Shown here in pieces: positions 9,288-19,486 of a DNA stretch of 64,000 nucleotides. The stretch comes from Lachnospiraceae bacterium (GTDB taxonomy: Bacteria > Bacillota > Clostridia > Lachnospirales > Lachnospiraceae): positions 19,009 to 83,008 of the forward strand of contig JAFYCS010000095.1 in assembly GCA_017539565.1 (NCBI GenBank). The letters are read 5' to 3'. The notes under the pieces are model-generated. The model was not told the DNA's origin, searched no databases, and saw only the letters and a program-made list of their open reading frames with translations. Numbering within the stretch: position 1 is the stretch's first letter; every line of letters starts with the position of its first letter. The translations under genes were made by a program, and so were the position numbers.

Positions 9288-12200
9288 CTATGACAACAGC
9301 TTCAGCATCTCATCTTTATCAAAGGTTGCAGAACTGATCTCTCCTCCCGATAATATATCCTCTGCCAGTTTTGTCTTACTCTCCTTGATCTTCTGTATAC
9401 GCTCTTCTATCGTATCCTGTGCTATCAGCTCATAAACGTTAACCGTCCTGGTCTGACCTATACGGTGAGTACGGTCGGTAGCCTGATCCTGCGCCGCTTT
9501 ATTCCACCAGGGATCGTAATGTATCACAATATCAGCAGCGGTAAGATTAAGTCCCGTTCCACCTGCCTTTAAAGAGATACAGAATACAGGCACATCATCA
9601 TTAGCAAACGAGTCTACCATCTGCATCCGGTTTTCTTTAGATACACTTCCGTCTATCCTGTGATAAGCGATCTTTTCTTTATTAAGCCTTTCACAGATTA
9701 TATCCAGCATTGACGTAAACTGCGAGAATAAAAGCAGTTTATGTCCGCCGTCAATACTCTGCCTTACCAGTTCCATACAGGTTTCAAGCTTTGCACTACC
9801 GCCTTTATAATCTTCATACAGGAGCGCAGGATCGCAGCATAGCTCACGCAGCAGTGTAAGCTGTGACAGAAACTGCATCTTACCTTTTTTAAACTCCGTC
9901 TTGCTTACGGCATTCAACTCTTCTTTCAGTTTCTTAACATTCGCCGAATAAAGCTTCTTTTGATCCGTATCCATACTGACATATACAGTCTCTTCCATTT
10001 TATCCGGAAGCTCTTTAAGTACCTGCTTCTTCATGCGCCTTAAAATAAAGGGATGTACCATACACCGCAGGCGCTCACGCATCATCCCGTCGTTCATGGA
10101 TACTATAGGCACTTCGTATGTCTTCTGGAAGCCTGTATAATTATATAAAAACCCCGGCATCAGATAATCCATGATGCTCCACAGCTCACCCAGATGATTC
10201 TCTATCGGGGTTCCCGTAAGGGCCAGGCGGAATGCACTGTTTACCAGCCGTACCGATTGTGAAGCCTGGGTGTTCTGATTTTTTATATACTGCGCTTCAT
10301 CTATAACTTCATTTGCAAATCTTATATTATCATAGTTTAATATATCACGCTTAAGCAGGTCGTAGGATGTCACCCATATATCCGCATCGCCTGAAGACCT
10401 GATAAGCTCCGCTCTCTCCTCCGCTGTTCCTGTTATCATAGCAACGTTCAGTTCTTTTGTATATGTCTCTATCTCTCTCTTCCAATTATATACAAGAGAC
10501 GCGGGACATATGACTATAGTACGAAGTTCGTCGCCTTTCTTTCCTTCGGCTTTCTCCGACAAAAGGAAAGATAATACCTGCAGCGTCTTTCCAAGTCCCA
10601 TATCATCCGCAAGTATCCCGCCGAATCCGCAGTTCTTTAACAGCTTTATCCAGCGGAAGCCTTCCAGCTGGTACGGTCTTATTATCTTACTGAGACTTTT
10701 CGGGACCGGCAGTTCCTTTACACTGTCCGGATCCATTTTTCTGATAAGCTCCATATAGTCCCCGGAACTCTCAAAGACTACATCATCCCTCTTTTCCATG
10801 GACTCCAGAAGATAAAGGGCTCTGTACAACGGCAGCTTTATCTTTTGGGGATCCCTGTCACCATAGTTTTCAAAAAGCTCCGATACCGTTTCCCATATCT
10901 TATCTTCCTGATCCTGCAGCGCTAAAAACTCACCGCTCTTTAAACGGTAATACTTTTTCTTACGCTTATATGCATGCAGGATCTCGAACATCTCATCTTC
11001 AGCAATATCATCACTGCTGACCGACAAAAGCAGTCTGCCATCCTCAATCTTTACCGATGCCTTTATCTTAGGCAGAAAACGAACCCGTCTTCTCTTTATG
11101 GCATCAGTTGAATACACTGATCCCAGTTTTTCCAGCGCCGGCAGATTATCCTTCATGAACTCAAACAGTTCTTCTTCATTAAGCTTTGAATACAGAGTGA
11201 AGCTTTTTTCATCCATGGCATCAAACAATTCCATAAGAAACTCTGCAGCTTTCGCCTCACACTGTCCGTTCCTTCTTGCTCTGTCTGTCATATTGTCAAA
11301 CAGATGTGATCTGAAATCCTGTATCGGATATACCGCAAAAGGCTCACACGATAAAATCTTGTCGGCATAATCAAGCCGGAACTCAAATCCGGGGTTTTCT
11401 TTTTCATAGTTCTCTGCATCCAGTCCCTTACAGATGAGTTCGCCGTATTCCCTGAAAAAAGGCGATAATCTGTTAAGGACCCTGCCTATATCGGATTCCC
11501 TTATATACATCCCATCCCCGATGCCTATAAGTGCTTTTAATTCTTTAACCTGCTGTACAGAGCTCACTCCTATCCTGAACAGACCTTCCTTATCGCTTAA
11601 ATATATCCAGGCCCCGGTTACCGCAAAGCTTTCGAGAGGACTCATCTGAAGTGAGGCACCGTATGCTTTCTTTTTAAGTATACCATACAATCCTTTTCTC
11701 TTAAGGCGTACTTCCATATCCCGGATCTCGTTAAGCGTAACGCTGTGCGCATCAAGTATTTCCATCAGCTCATCCAGCTGTCGTCCGTAAAAGATAAGAT
11801 ATCTTTCATTCCTGGGATTTCCTTTTCTGAATATCCTTGTACCGCCGTTACTGTCATCATCAGAATAAGCCGCTTCAACCAGATGATCCAGAAGGTTTCT
11901 GCCGAATGTATCGAATATCCCCGAAGTCAGCTCCACCTCTTCTTTACCTATGGTAAAAGCTCTTTCGTTTCTGTAAGCTTCGAGAAAGTCCATTATATTC
12001 TTTATCAGGTACTTTCGTCCCGATCCGACTTTAATGTCCAATAAAACTCTCTCTTTTTCCGATACCGTAAGCGCACACTCAACTCCGTAGAGCTCACTCT
12101 TCTTTCTGACTGCTCTTTCATGATCCCATTGCGGCAATGCAGTATCCACGGCATCTTTAAGTATCGAAAGTAATCTGTCATCTGTACGGCGAAGCACTCC

Positions 12201-12617
12201 CGGAGCAAAGGGATCCTCTACATTGGCCACACTCCTTAACAGTTCTTCAAGTCTCGAACCTTTAAAAACCTCATCGCCTTCAGTCTTAACCATATATGCG
12301 GTAAGAAGTGCGGCAACATGTGCACAGCCATACAGATTCGCTGAAAACTCTTTACAGCAGCAATCGCAAACACAAGGCAGCGATGCTCTCATGCTCAGTT
12401 TTACATAACTGGTATTCTGTTCACCATTCCTGCTTCCGTCTGCCGCGTAAGACCATTCTGTCCACTTCCCGACAATCTCAACGCACTCTTCGGCTTTCAG
12501 CTTTGCGTCTTCTTTTATATCGATATCCGTGATATCGCCGGCATAATACTGTTCAGCGCCTCTTGTTAATTCATCATCCGTAAACGATCTGAAATAATCC
12601 CTGAGCTCCATCACCAA
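9288..12617 (-). CDS. SNF2-family helicase with N-terminal SWIM zinc-finger region (YwqA-like)
   Basis: 1109 aa. SNF2_N motifs 'LADDMGLGKTLQ', 'DEAQYIKN', 'LTGTPIENHLGELWSIMDYLMPGFL'; helicase-C 'FSQFTSMLD...LKAGGTGLNLTAADIVIHYDPWWN'; Cys-rich 'CVCDCCCKEF...CAH' SWIM-like segment. Confidence 0.85.
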   Translation of the reverse strand: MVMELRDYFRSFTDDELTRGAEQYYAGDITDIDIKEDAKLKAEECVEIVGKWTEWSYAADGSRNGEQNTSYVKLSMRASLPCVCDCCCKEFSANLYGCAHVAALLTAYMVKTEGDEVFKGSRLEELLRSVANVEDPFAPGVLRRTDDRLLSILKDAVDTALPQWDHERAVRKKSELYGVECALTVSEKERVLLDIKVGSGRKYLIKNIMDFLEAYRNERAFTIGKEEVELTSGIFDTFGRNLLDHLVEAAYSDDDSNGGTRIFRKGNPRNERYLIFYGRQLDELMEILDAHSVTLNEIRDMEVRLKRKGLYGILKKKAYGASLQMSPLESFAVTGAWIYLSDKEGLFRIGVSSVQQVKELKALIGIGDGMYIRESDIGRVLNRLSPFFREYGELICKGLDAENYEKENPGFEFRLDYADKILSCEPFAVYPIQDFRSHLFDNMTDRARRNGQCEAKAAEFLMELFDAMDEKSFTLYSKLNEEELFEFMKDNLPALEKLGSVYSTDAIKRRRVRFLPKIKASVKIEDGRLLLSVSSDDIAEDEMFEILHAYKRKKKYYRLKSGEFLALQDQEDKIWETVSELFENYGDRDPQKIKLPLYRALYLLESMEKRDDVVFESSGDYMELIRKMDPDSVKELPVPKSLSKIIRPYQLEGFRWIKLLKNCGFGGILADDMGLGKTLQVLSFLLSEKAEGKKGDELRTIVICPASLVYNWKREIETYTKELNVAMITGTAEERAELIRSSGDADIWVTSYDLLKRDILNYDNIRFANEVIDEAQYIKNQNTQASQSVRLVNSAFRLALTGTPIENHLGELWSIMDYLMPGFLYNYTGFQKTYEVPIVSMNDGMMRERLRCMVHPFILRRMKKQVLKELPDKMEETVYVSMDTDQKKLYSANVKKLKEELNAVSKTEFKKGKMQFLSQLTLLRELCCDPALLYEDYKGGSAKLETCMELVRQSIDGGHKLLLFSQFTSMLDIICERLNKEKIAYHRIDGSVSKENRMQMVDSFANDDVPVFCISLKAGGTGLNLTAADIVIHYDPWWNKAAQDQATDRTHRIGQTRTVNVYELIAQDTIEERIQKIKESKTKLAEDILSGGEISSATFDKDEMLKLLS

Positions 12618-14248
12618 TACCTCTTTTTCGCCGATGCAGCTTTATTCCTGCGGACTCTGATCTCTGCTTCCTGTTTATCCCTGATCTGTATATAATAACT
12701 CTTCATATTTTCCGGACAGTTGTTTAAAGAAAACCCGTTAAGGCCTGCCAGCGGGACCTCTTTTGCTTCCTTCTCAACGATCCCCTTTATCTGCTCCTTC
12801 AACCGGTTTACTGTTGTCTTAGGCTGCCACTGCAGGCTTCTGTACAGATGATCTTCAATTATCCTGACCGTATCTTCGGTAAGCTCTCCCCAATGTATGC
12901 TTTCGGTCACTGCTTTGATCACTTCATTAACGGGCGTCTGTCCATAGTAATAATATGATCTGTTTTGTGAAATAAGTTTCGTCAGCGTATCTGTACTTTC
13001 TTTACTTAGCTTAATACCATGAAACAGTAGAGCTTTTATCGTCTCCATATCAGGTATGAATACCTCATCAGACGGTCCTCTTCTGTCAACCACCCTGTCT
13101 ATAACCTGCTGTTTAAGTTTTCCGCTGTTATAGCAGTACCTGCCTCCCACCATCTGCGTATAATTAAATGTATCGCCCAGTCTGGCATATGCATGTTTTT
13201 TCTCATCATCCGAAAGACAGTTTGCCTTAAGACAGTCAAGTATGATATCAAACATCCTGTAATCAAATACACCATAAAGATCGCCGCATATTTCCGCAGC
13301 TGTTAATACATATTTATTCTTTATCAGTTTTTCTTCTTTGGGTGTCAGATAGATCTCCTCAAAGAGTTCCGCCAGCTCGGATGCAATACAATAACCCTTA
13401 GGCGCTACATATGTTATCAGGCCTCTTTTACAAAACATTGACAGATAATCTTCCGTAAGCTTATCGGTTCTGGTGTCATTCTCGTCCAGCAGATAATCCC
13501 TGAAATACAGATACTCAAGTATGTTCATATCCTGTATAAGCCCGCGAAGCTCATCCCTGTCAAAAGAAAAGCATATACGCTCTACCACCTCAGCCTTACG
13601 TGTACCTGCATACAGATAAATATGATTTTTCTCGCAGATCTGTTTTAATGCATCGAGTTTATTACTTCCGATCAGCTGTCTCATGGGTATCTTCACAGCA
13701 GGATTAACTTCTCTCTCGGCAGTCTCCGGTGCAAACCTTTTCCTGAGGGCGTTAAGTGTTTTCTTTTGGACATACTCCAGCTCCCCGGGGTAATATGTCA
13801 CATTGCCAAGTGTTATATCCGGCATATTCCGGTTCATCAATACATAGTTTATGTCCCTGACATCCCAGATATCTCCCGGTAAGTTAGCTGCTGTAGCTCC
13901 CAATACACAAGGGATATCGGGATCATCGGGAATACCCTTATCCGGAACGATCCTGTCAACATAGATACATAAACGTTTTCTCATATTATCGGAGGCATTT
14001 TTAGACAACAGAAGTTCCCCTCTGTCATTTTCAGAGAAAAGCTCCCGGAGTGTATCGCCTTCTGCATTTTCAACGATAAGCTCGCCATTTACCGGCGCAA
14101 TCCCGAAGGCAATACAAACGGCATCTGTAAAATCCCTTACAGAATACGATCCCTGCAGCTCTATTTCTCTCATGACCATGGGATTACTCCGTCCCAGGGT
14201 AAGCCTGAAAGCCATCAGCTTTTCCTTTACTACCTTTTTACCTGCCAT
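12611..14248 (-). CDS. Hypothetical protein with N-terminal pRiA4b-ORF3-like domain; partner of the SNF2 helicase
   Basis: 545 aa. N-terminal 'FRLTLGRSNPMVMREIELQGSYSVRDFTDAVCIAFG' fits the pRiA4_ORF3 pattern (LxVxL..P.IWRRi.V....L.dLH.viQiafGW). Stop overlaps the helicase start by 7 nt. Confidence 0.5.
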   Translation of the reverse strand: MAGKKVVKEKLMAFRLTLGRSNPMVMREIELQGSYSVRDFTDAVCIAFGIAPVNGELIVENAEGDTLRELFSENDRGELLLSKNASDNMRKRLCIYVDRIVPDKGIPDDPDIPCVLGATAANLPGDIWDVRDINYVLMNRNMPDITLGNVTYYPGELEYVQKKTLNALRKRFAPETAEREVNPAVKIPMRQLIGSNKLDALKQICEKNHIYLYAGTRKAEVVERICFSFDRDELRGLIQDMNILEYLYFRDYLLDENDTRTDKLTEDYLSMFCKRGLITYVAPKGYCIASELAELFEEIYLTPKEEKLIKNKYVLTAAEICGDLYGVFDYRMFDIILDCLKANCLSDDEKKHAYARLGDTFNYTQMVGGRYCYNSGKLKQQVIDRVVDRRGPSDEVFIPDMETIKALLFHGIKLSKESTDTLTKLISQNRSYYYYGQTPVNEVIKAVTESIHWGELTEDTVRIIEDHLYRSLQWQPKTTVNRLKEQIKGIVEKEAKEVPLAGLNGFSLNNCPENMKSYYIQIRDKQEAEIRVRRNKAASAKKRYW

Positions 14249-14358
14249 TTCTTTCGCCTTCCGATATGCCCTGCTCTCAAAACCGTTGCTTCTTATTCAT
14301 CCGGAAACTAACATATTATTATAACATTTTCACCATTTCAAAACAATAAAACTATGTA

Positions 14359-14386
14359 TTATACAAGTCTTCGATACATTGTATAA
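14359..14386. promoter_or_regulatory. Inverted repeat TTATACAAGT-N8-ACATTGTATAA built from the same TTGTATA half-site as the GntR operator, in the divergent promoter region
   Basis: Seen in the sequence. Half-site ACTTGTATA occurs in both elements. Confidence 0.3.
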
Positions 14387-14401
14387 CTCTTCTTTTTCAT
14401 G

Positions 14402-14437
14402 TATAATCAAGTAATTAATCCTCTCACCGAAAGGAGA
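14402..14437 (+). promoter_or_regulatory. Promoter -10 (TATAAT at 14402-14407, preceded by TG) and RBS AAGGAGA (14431-14437) for the GH-like gene
   Basis: Sequence motifs at appropriate spacing from the ATG at 14443. Confidence 0.35.
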
Positions 14438-14442
14438 ATCTT

Positions 14443-15864
14443 ATGAGCAACAATCTGCACGCTATACATTTAGGCAAAGCCGGACTGGCCCTGGACCTGT
14501 CCGACGGCAGCGAGCGCGGAGAATATGTGGATCAGGATTACATCCTGCATCTTCTCGGTCGTCCTCACCGTAACATCAATCTGATGTATACCTATTATCC
14601 CAAAGATAAAGAGTGGCCGGCTCGTATTTCCGAAGCCTGTAAAGATATGGAGGTCTCTTTTGCCTGGGACTATCCCTATGATGATTATTTCCCCTTCGGC
14701 GTAAATGACGAACCCTTTAAATACATGAAAGATATACGCCGTCACGGACAGGACGTGACACTTACCATCACCATCGACTGCTCGCTGGATGATGATACGC
14801 TGCGTGATTTTGCAAAGCAGCTTAAACCCTACGGACGTATGCGTCTGCGTATAAATCACGAATGCACCGGTAACTGGTTCACTCATAACAAACGTTTCAG
14901 CTTTAAAGAGATAGGGGATTTCTTCGTCCGTTTTAATGCGATCATCAAAGAAGAAGCACCCAATGTTAAAACAATACTCTGCGCAGGCTTTGCAGATGGT
15001 GAAGATGCTCCCGTCGACAGGGAAGAAGACCTTATCGAGGCATACAAGGCTGCAGATGTATGGAGTGCAGACCGTTATCTGGCCCTGCATTATGGCTGGC
15101 CCTATGATATAGCCGAAAAGGATGACGGCGGAAGACATACCTTCACTCCCACCGAAAAAACCTATAATGATTTCAAGAACACTTCAATGCGTCTGCGTAA
15201 AGTAACCGGCCAGGATAAGCCAATGATATCCGGCGAACTCAACGCAGACGGTGACGTTACCGGCCCTCTCCATCAGGGTGAGACCGTTAAGCGTTTTCTT
15301 GAGCATATAAAGAATGACAAAGCCGGATGGTTTGACGGAGTTACCTTTTACCAGTTCCGTGACCGCGGCCGTCTGGGTCTGGAGATCGAGGATCCGAACA
15401 ATAAAAATGCCGGTATCGCACAGCCGATCCTTAAGGAATATAAGAAAATAATGGAGGATCCCTATTATCAGAATGCCATAGACATTACAGGCGATGCCGC
15501 ACTGCCCTTTAAATTCCGCTGGGGCGGTGCCGAAGATTCCGACGGTCTGGCTATGGATATTCATTTTGACGGTAATCCGGAATTCTGTGAGATAAACTTT
15601 GAGGAGGATATCTCCCTGATGATGGAGCTTAACGGGCGCTGGTTCTATAAGGCTCCCGGCACAAAGTGTGTTGATCTGATGGAAGCATTCTTCGACAAAC
15701 CGCTCAACGGCCCCGCCGACATGACACTTAAGTTCTTCGCAACACCGGCTGATGGTGTTAACGTCAATGACGGCAGCGAGGGCTGGGATATAAATTATTA
15801 TGCCGCCATGACAAAGATGCCCAAGCTGAGAGTCCGCTATGAGCCTGTAAGTATAGTACCTTAA
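14443..15864 (+). CDS. Cytoplasmic TIM-barrel glycoside-hydrolase-like protein (GH26/GH113-like signature), no signal peptide
   Basis: 473 aa. 'RLRINHECTGNWF' resembles the GH26 acid/base motif (R..HE.N..W). Family assignment is tentative. Confidence 0.45.
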   Translation: MSNNLHAIHLGKAGLALDLSDGSERGEYVDQDYILHLLGRPHRNINLMYTYYPKDKEWPARISEACKDMEVSFAWDYPYDDYFPFGVNDEPFKYMKDIRRHGQDVTLTITIDCSLDDDTLRDFAKQLKPYGRMRLRINHECTGNWFTHNKRFSFKEIGDFFVRFNAIIKEEAPNVKTILCAGFADGEDAPVDREEDLIEAYKAADVWSADRYLALHYGWPYDIAEKDDGGRHTFTPTEKTYNDFKNTSMRLRKVTGQDKPMISGELNADGDVTGPLHQGETVKRFLEHIKNDKAGWFDGVTFYQFRDRGRLGLEIEDPNNKNAGIAQPILKEYKKIMEDPYYQNAIDITGDAALPFKFRWGGAEDSDGLAMDIHFDGNPEFCEINFEEDISLMMELNGRWFYKAPGTKCVDLMEAFFDKPLNGPADMTLKFFATPADGVNVNDGSEGWDINYYAAMTKMPKLRVRYEPVSIVP

Positions 15865-15879
15865 ATATATATAAACACA

Positions 15880-15908
15880 GGGGACGGTTATCACCGTCCC
15901 CTTATTAC
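15880..15908. terminator. Bidirectional rho-independent terminator between the GH-like gene and the HD-domain gene
   Basis: ggggacgg-ttatca-ccgtcccc hairpin with T/A-rich flanks on both strands. Confidence 0.6.
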
Positions 15909-16552
15909 ATCATCAGATTCTTCACAGTCTCGATCACGCTTATAATATGATATTTAACAATATATGTCAGTTCCGCATATTCAAGATGATTATCTTTCAA
16001 CGCTTCCAGTACCGGCATCACGAATTCTTCAGTCTCATTAACATATTCGATCAGCTTCTCCCTGGAAAATGACTGGGCCATGGTCGATACATTATTGCAT
16101 CTGTCGATAACCTTTACCACACAGGCACGCTTATCTTTTTTTATATTTTCATAATACCGTTTCTTAGCCTCTGTCTTATCTTCTCCTTCGTTCACCCTGA
16201 AGCTCACCAGCCCCACGGTATTCTTAACATCATCAGAAAAAGGCAGATCTTCAAGTTTGACTTCCGTATCCTCCACCACATCATGCAAAAGGATAGAAGC
16301 CAGTATGATATCATCACGTATGCCCAGTGCATATGCATGACATGCCATCATAAGCGGATGATAGATATACGGTATCCTGTCATCGGAATGCCTGCCGGGT
16401 TTTCGGAACTGTCCTTCGTGATGCTCCCGCATATAGTTAAGCGCCCTGTAAGTCTCATCCAGCTTCTCTGTCTGGGCTATAGTCCGTATACGGGTAAACA
16501 TCTTATCCTCATCAAAATATCTGTTACGGAAAAAGAAATCGTCTGTATTCAT
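15905..16552 (-). CDS. HD-domain protein, RelA/SpoT-type (p)ppGpp hydrolase domain only (small alarmone hydrolase-like)
   Basis: 215 aa. 'ASILLHDVVEDTEV' and upstream 'HH...H' motifs characteristic of the Rel/Spo hydrolase HD domain. No synthetase domain. Confidence 0.7.
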   Translation of the reverse strand: MNTDDFFFRNRYFDEDKMFTRIRTIAQTEKLDETYRALNYMREHHEGQFRKPGRHSDDRIPYIYHPLMMACHAYALGIRDDIILASILLHDVVEDTEVKLEDLPFSDDVKNTVGLVSFRVNEGEDKTEAKKRYYENIKKDKRACVVKVIDRCNNVSTMAQSFSREKLIEYVNETEEFVMPVLEALKDNHLEYAELTYIVKYHIISVIETVKNLMM

Positions 16553-16599
16553 ACAGTTTATCCTTTTATTAGATCCCAGGCTTTGCCGGGGATAACATT

Positions 16600-17799
16600 T
16601 TACTTCAAGCGTGCTGTCTTTAAGCCTGCATCAGTTACAAGAACATAAGAAAGCGGACTGCTGCCGGGCAGCATAAGATAAACGGAATCATCAAAGTTTC
16701 CTTTATATTTGAGTCTTCCCTTTGAGGTATATATCTCGCAGGTAGAAGAATTATATATTATGATCTGATCACCGGAGAAACGCACCTCCTTGTAATCCAC
16801 GTCAGAGTGTATACTGCATTCACGCACACCTTTCTGATCATATACATCGCAGACATATTTGCTCTGCCCGCTCTTATCATAATATACCAGTCCCAGTCTG
16901 CCACTTCCGTGATATACGGACTGTACTTCTTCAGTCAGCATGTTCTCACTTATGCTGGCGGGACGCTGGGCTCCTTCATATACCATAAGCCTGTTATTTG
17001 CTACAGCAAAGGCCGAATCGTCATCCAGAAATTCAACCATGGGCACCAGCTCGGCAGGATATTCAAATGCACTTACCAGATTATCGGTCTCGTTCTTTCC
17101 TACCTCTCCGAAATTATAATATGCCACACGGCTGGTAATACGGCCGTTATCAACATAAAAATATGAAACACCAACCAGCCTGCCGTCATCGGATATTCCT
17201 ATGGCTGCGGGATAACCGCTCCTGGACATGGTGGTCCGGAAATAGGATATCACGGTCCCATCATGGTAATACAGATAAACCGGAGTAGTGCTGATATCAT
17301 CAAGCACTGCTGCCACCACGCCGCCTGCAGACATACGCAGCATCTGAACCGGAGACGGAGCCGATATTTCTCCTATGGTACCTGTTCTGTCATAGATATA
17401 GATGTTACGGCCGCCTCTGTCTGCTACCGCCACATAATCACCTCTTACCTCCACCATAGGGTCCTGCATGACATAGGAAAAACTCCATATATCCTGCCCC
17501 TTGGCATTGGTGCAGTGTATACCATCGGAACTGTAGGATATGAAATCATTTCCGTACGGAAGAATAGTTGCACCTGTGGTAGGCTTCCAGTCCACAACAG
17601 AGAGTATCTCCATCGATTCATAAACCTTGCTGGTATAATTCCGCACAAAAAGGATTCCCGCCACAAGCAGGATCACTATGACTGTCAGCCATATCAATAT
17701 ACGGCGCAGCCTGAGTGCGGCCTGCTTACGGCGGAACTCCGCCATATCAACTACATTATTTTCTTTTTCAGGTGTTTGCGTCTGATGCTTATTAGCCAT
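16600..17799 (-). CDS. Membrane-anchored hypothetical protein (N-terminal TM, repetitive beta-rich ectodomain)
   Basis: 399 aa. TM 'ILIWLTVIVILLVAGILFV' after a basic N-terminus. No recognisable catalytic motifs. Confidence 0.5.
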   Translation of the reverse strand: MANKHQTQTPEKENNVVDMAEFRRKQAALRLRRILIWLTVIVILLVAGILFVRNYTSKVYESMEILSVVDWKPTTGATILPYGNDFISYSSDGIHCTNAKGQDIWSFSYVMQDPMVEVRGDYVAVADRGGRNIYIYDRTGTIGEISAPSPVQMLRMSAGGVVAAVLDDISTTPVYLYYHDGTVISYFRTTMSRSGYPAAIGISDDGRLVGVSYFYVDNGRITSRVAYYNFGEVGKNETDNLVSAFEYPAELVPMVEFLDDDSAFAVANNRLMVYEGAQRPASISENMLTEEVQSVYHGSGRLGLVYYDKSGQSKYVCDVYDQKGVRECSIHSDVDYKEVRFSGDQIIIYNSSTCEIYTSKGRLKYKGNFDDSVYLMLPGSSPLSYVLVTDAGLKTARLK

Positions 17800-17815
17800 T
17801 GGCTGTTATTACCTG

Positions 17816-18862
17816 TTACCACTCGAACTGATAGATCGTAGTGGTATGATATTCCTTATCGGGTCCGAATACGGGATGCTCAAAATTCTCATGATTTATT
17901 GCATCCGGGAAATACTGTGTCTCGAGGCAGAAGCCTTTACGGGGCATATTGGGGAAGTTGTTCTTTCCCTTATTCTTGCCTATGCAGTTGCCTGCGTAGA
18001 ACTGCACACCGGGAAGGTCACTGTAAACCTTCATACTGCGTCCGCTCTTGGGCTCGCTCACTTCAGCGATCAGTTTCTTCTTTCCGTTGTATCCGTCTAT
18101 AACAAAATTATGATCATATCCCTTGACCAGCTTAAGCTGTTTGAAATCTGCAGCTATATCTTTACCTATCTTCTTAGGCTTTCTGAAGTCCATGGGAGTT
18201 CCTTCAACCTCGGGCAGATTTCCCGTAGGGATAGCCTGTCCGTCAACCTCTGTATATCTGGAGGCATGGAGAGTAAGCACATGATCGTGTATACTCTTGG
18301 ATGCCGGTCCCTGAAGATTAAAATAAGAATGGTTTGTCATATTGATAACGGTATCCTTATCGGAAGTAGCACTGTAATCTATCTTAAGCTCGTTCTTATC
18401 GGTAAGGGTATATGTAACGGTAACCTTCATATTTCCGGGATGTCCCAGCTCACCGTTCTTCTTCTCAAGACTCAACTTAACACTGTTCTTCCCTGCTTCT
18501 GCAGTCCAGAGTTTCTTGTGGAAACCGTTATACAGATCACTGTGCAGGTTGTTTGCCTTCTTATCATTGATAGGAAGCTGTACTTTCTTTCCGTTTACCT
18601 TATATGCGCCATCCTTGGTACGGTTGGCGATGGGACCTACAGTAGCACCGAAGAAGCTTCCGTTCTTGAAATACATCCAAAGCTTGTCATAACCAAGTAC
18701 CACGTCCTGTACGCGTCCCTTACTGTCGGGCACATACAGGTTCTTTAAGATCGCACCATAGGTTATGATGTCTGCGCGCATTCCGTTCTTGTTGGTGATC
18801 GCATAACATTCCACCTCTTTACCTTCAGGGGTGGTACCAAAGATACTCTTTTCTACTGGCAT
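17816..18862 (-). CDS. galM: Aldose 1-epimerase (galactose mutarotase)
   Basis: 348 aa with typical mutarotase length and conserved regions ('NRTKDG', 'LHSD', 'NHSYFNL', 'GFCLETQ'). Confidence 0.85.
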   Translation of the reverse strand: MPVEKSIFGTTPEGKEVECYAITNKNGMRADIITYGAILKNLYVPDSKGRVQDVVLGYDKLWMYFKNGSFFGATVGPIANRTKDGAYKVNGKKVQLPINDKKANNLHSDLYNGFHKKLWTAEAGKNSVKLSLEKKNGELGHPGNMKVTVTYTLTDKNELKIDYSATSDKDTVINMTNHSYFNLQGPASKSIHDHVLTLHASRYTEVDGQAIPTGNLPEVEGTPMDFRKPKKIGKDIAADFKQLKLVKGYDHNFVIDGYNGKKKLIAEVSEPKSGRSMKVYSDLPGVQFYAGNCIGKNKGKNNFPNMPRKGFCLETQYFPDAINHENFEHPVFGPDKEYHTTTIYQFEW

Positions 18863-18883
18863 TTTGTTTTCCTCCTTAAATAT

Positions 18884-19480
18884 TCAGATCTCCGTTCTTC
18901 CTTCGAACGCACGGAGCAAAGTTACCTCATCAATGTATTCCAGATCCCCGCCCACCGGAACGCCGCTGGCTATACGGGTCACCTTTATACCTGCCGGCTT
19001 TATCAGCTTGCTGATATACATTGCCGTGGTCTCGCCCTCCAGGGATGAATTGGTAGCTATGATAACCTCGTCGACATCACCCTTAAGACGCTCGATCAGC
19101 TCCTTTAACCTGATATCGGAAGGCCCGATACCGTTCATGGGTGATATGGCACCGTGAAGTACATGATATACACCACCATATTTCCCGGTCTTTTCATAAG
19201 CTGCCAGGTCACGCGGATTCTCGACTACCATTATCATCTTATGGTCACGCTTGGGATTGGCGCAGATGGGACAATACTCCGCATCCGTCAGTGTACAGCA
19301 TTCCGAACAGTAACGCGCCTTTTCCTTAGCCGCAACTATACTATCGGACAGGCGTTTTACCCTGTCCGCAGGCAGGTTGATAATATGAAACGCCATGCGT
19401 TCCGCTGACTTCTTACCGATCCCGGGCAGCGCAGCAAGTTCCTCCACCAGCCTGTTGATATCAGAACTATAGTATTCCAT
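18884..19480 (-). CDS. recR: Recombination protein RecR
   Basis: 198 aa. HhH '[15 protein letters not shown]', C4 zinc finger '[16 protein letters not shown]', Toprim domain. Confidence 0.95.
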   Translation of the reverse strand: MEYYSSDINRLVEELAALPGIGKKSAERMAFHIINLPADRVKRLSDSIVAAKEKARYCSECCTLTDAEYCPICANPKRDHKMIMVVENPRDLAAYEKTGKYGGVYHVLHGAISPMNGIGPSDIRLKELIERLKGDVDEVIIATNSSLEGETTAMYISKLIKPAGIKVTRIASGVPVGGDLEYIDEVTLLRAFEGRTEI

Positions 19481-19486
19481 GATCCC

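Noticed and set aside
14470-15894. Two long minus-strand ORFs (222 and 236 aa) antisense to the GH-like gene
   Set aside because: Antisense shadows of a gene with a clear promoter/RBS on the plus strand. Their translations are Cys/Ile-rich with no motifs.
17846-18748. 300-aa plus-strand ORF overlapping the aldose epimerase gene
   Set aside because: The minus-strand frame has unambiguous mutarotase similarity. The plus-strand translation is hydrophobic/low-complexity and lacks start context.
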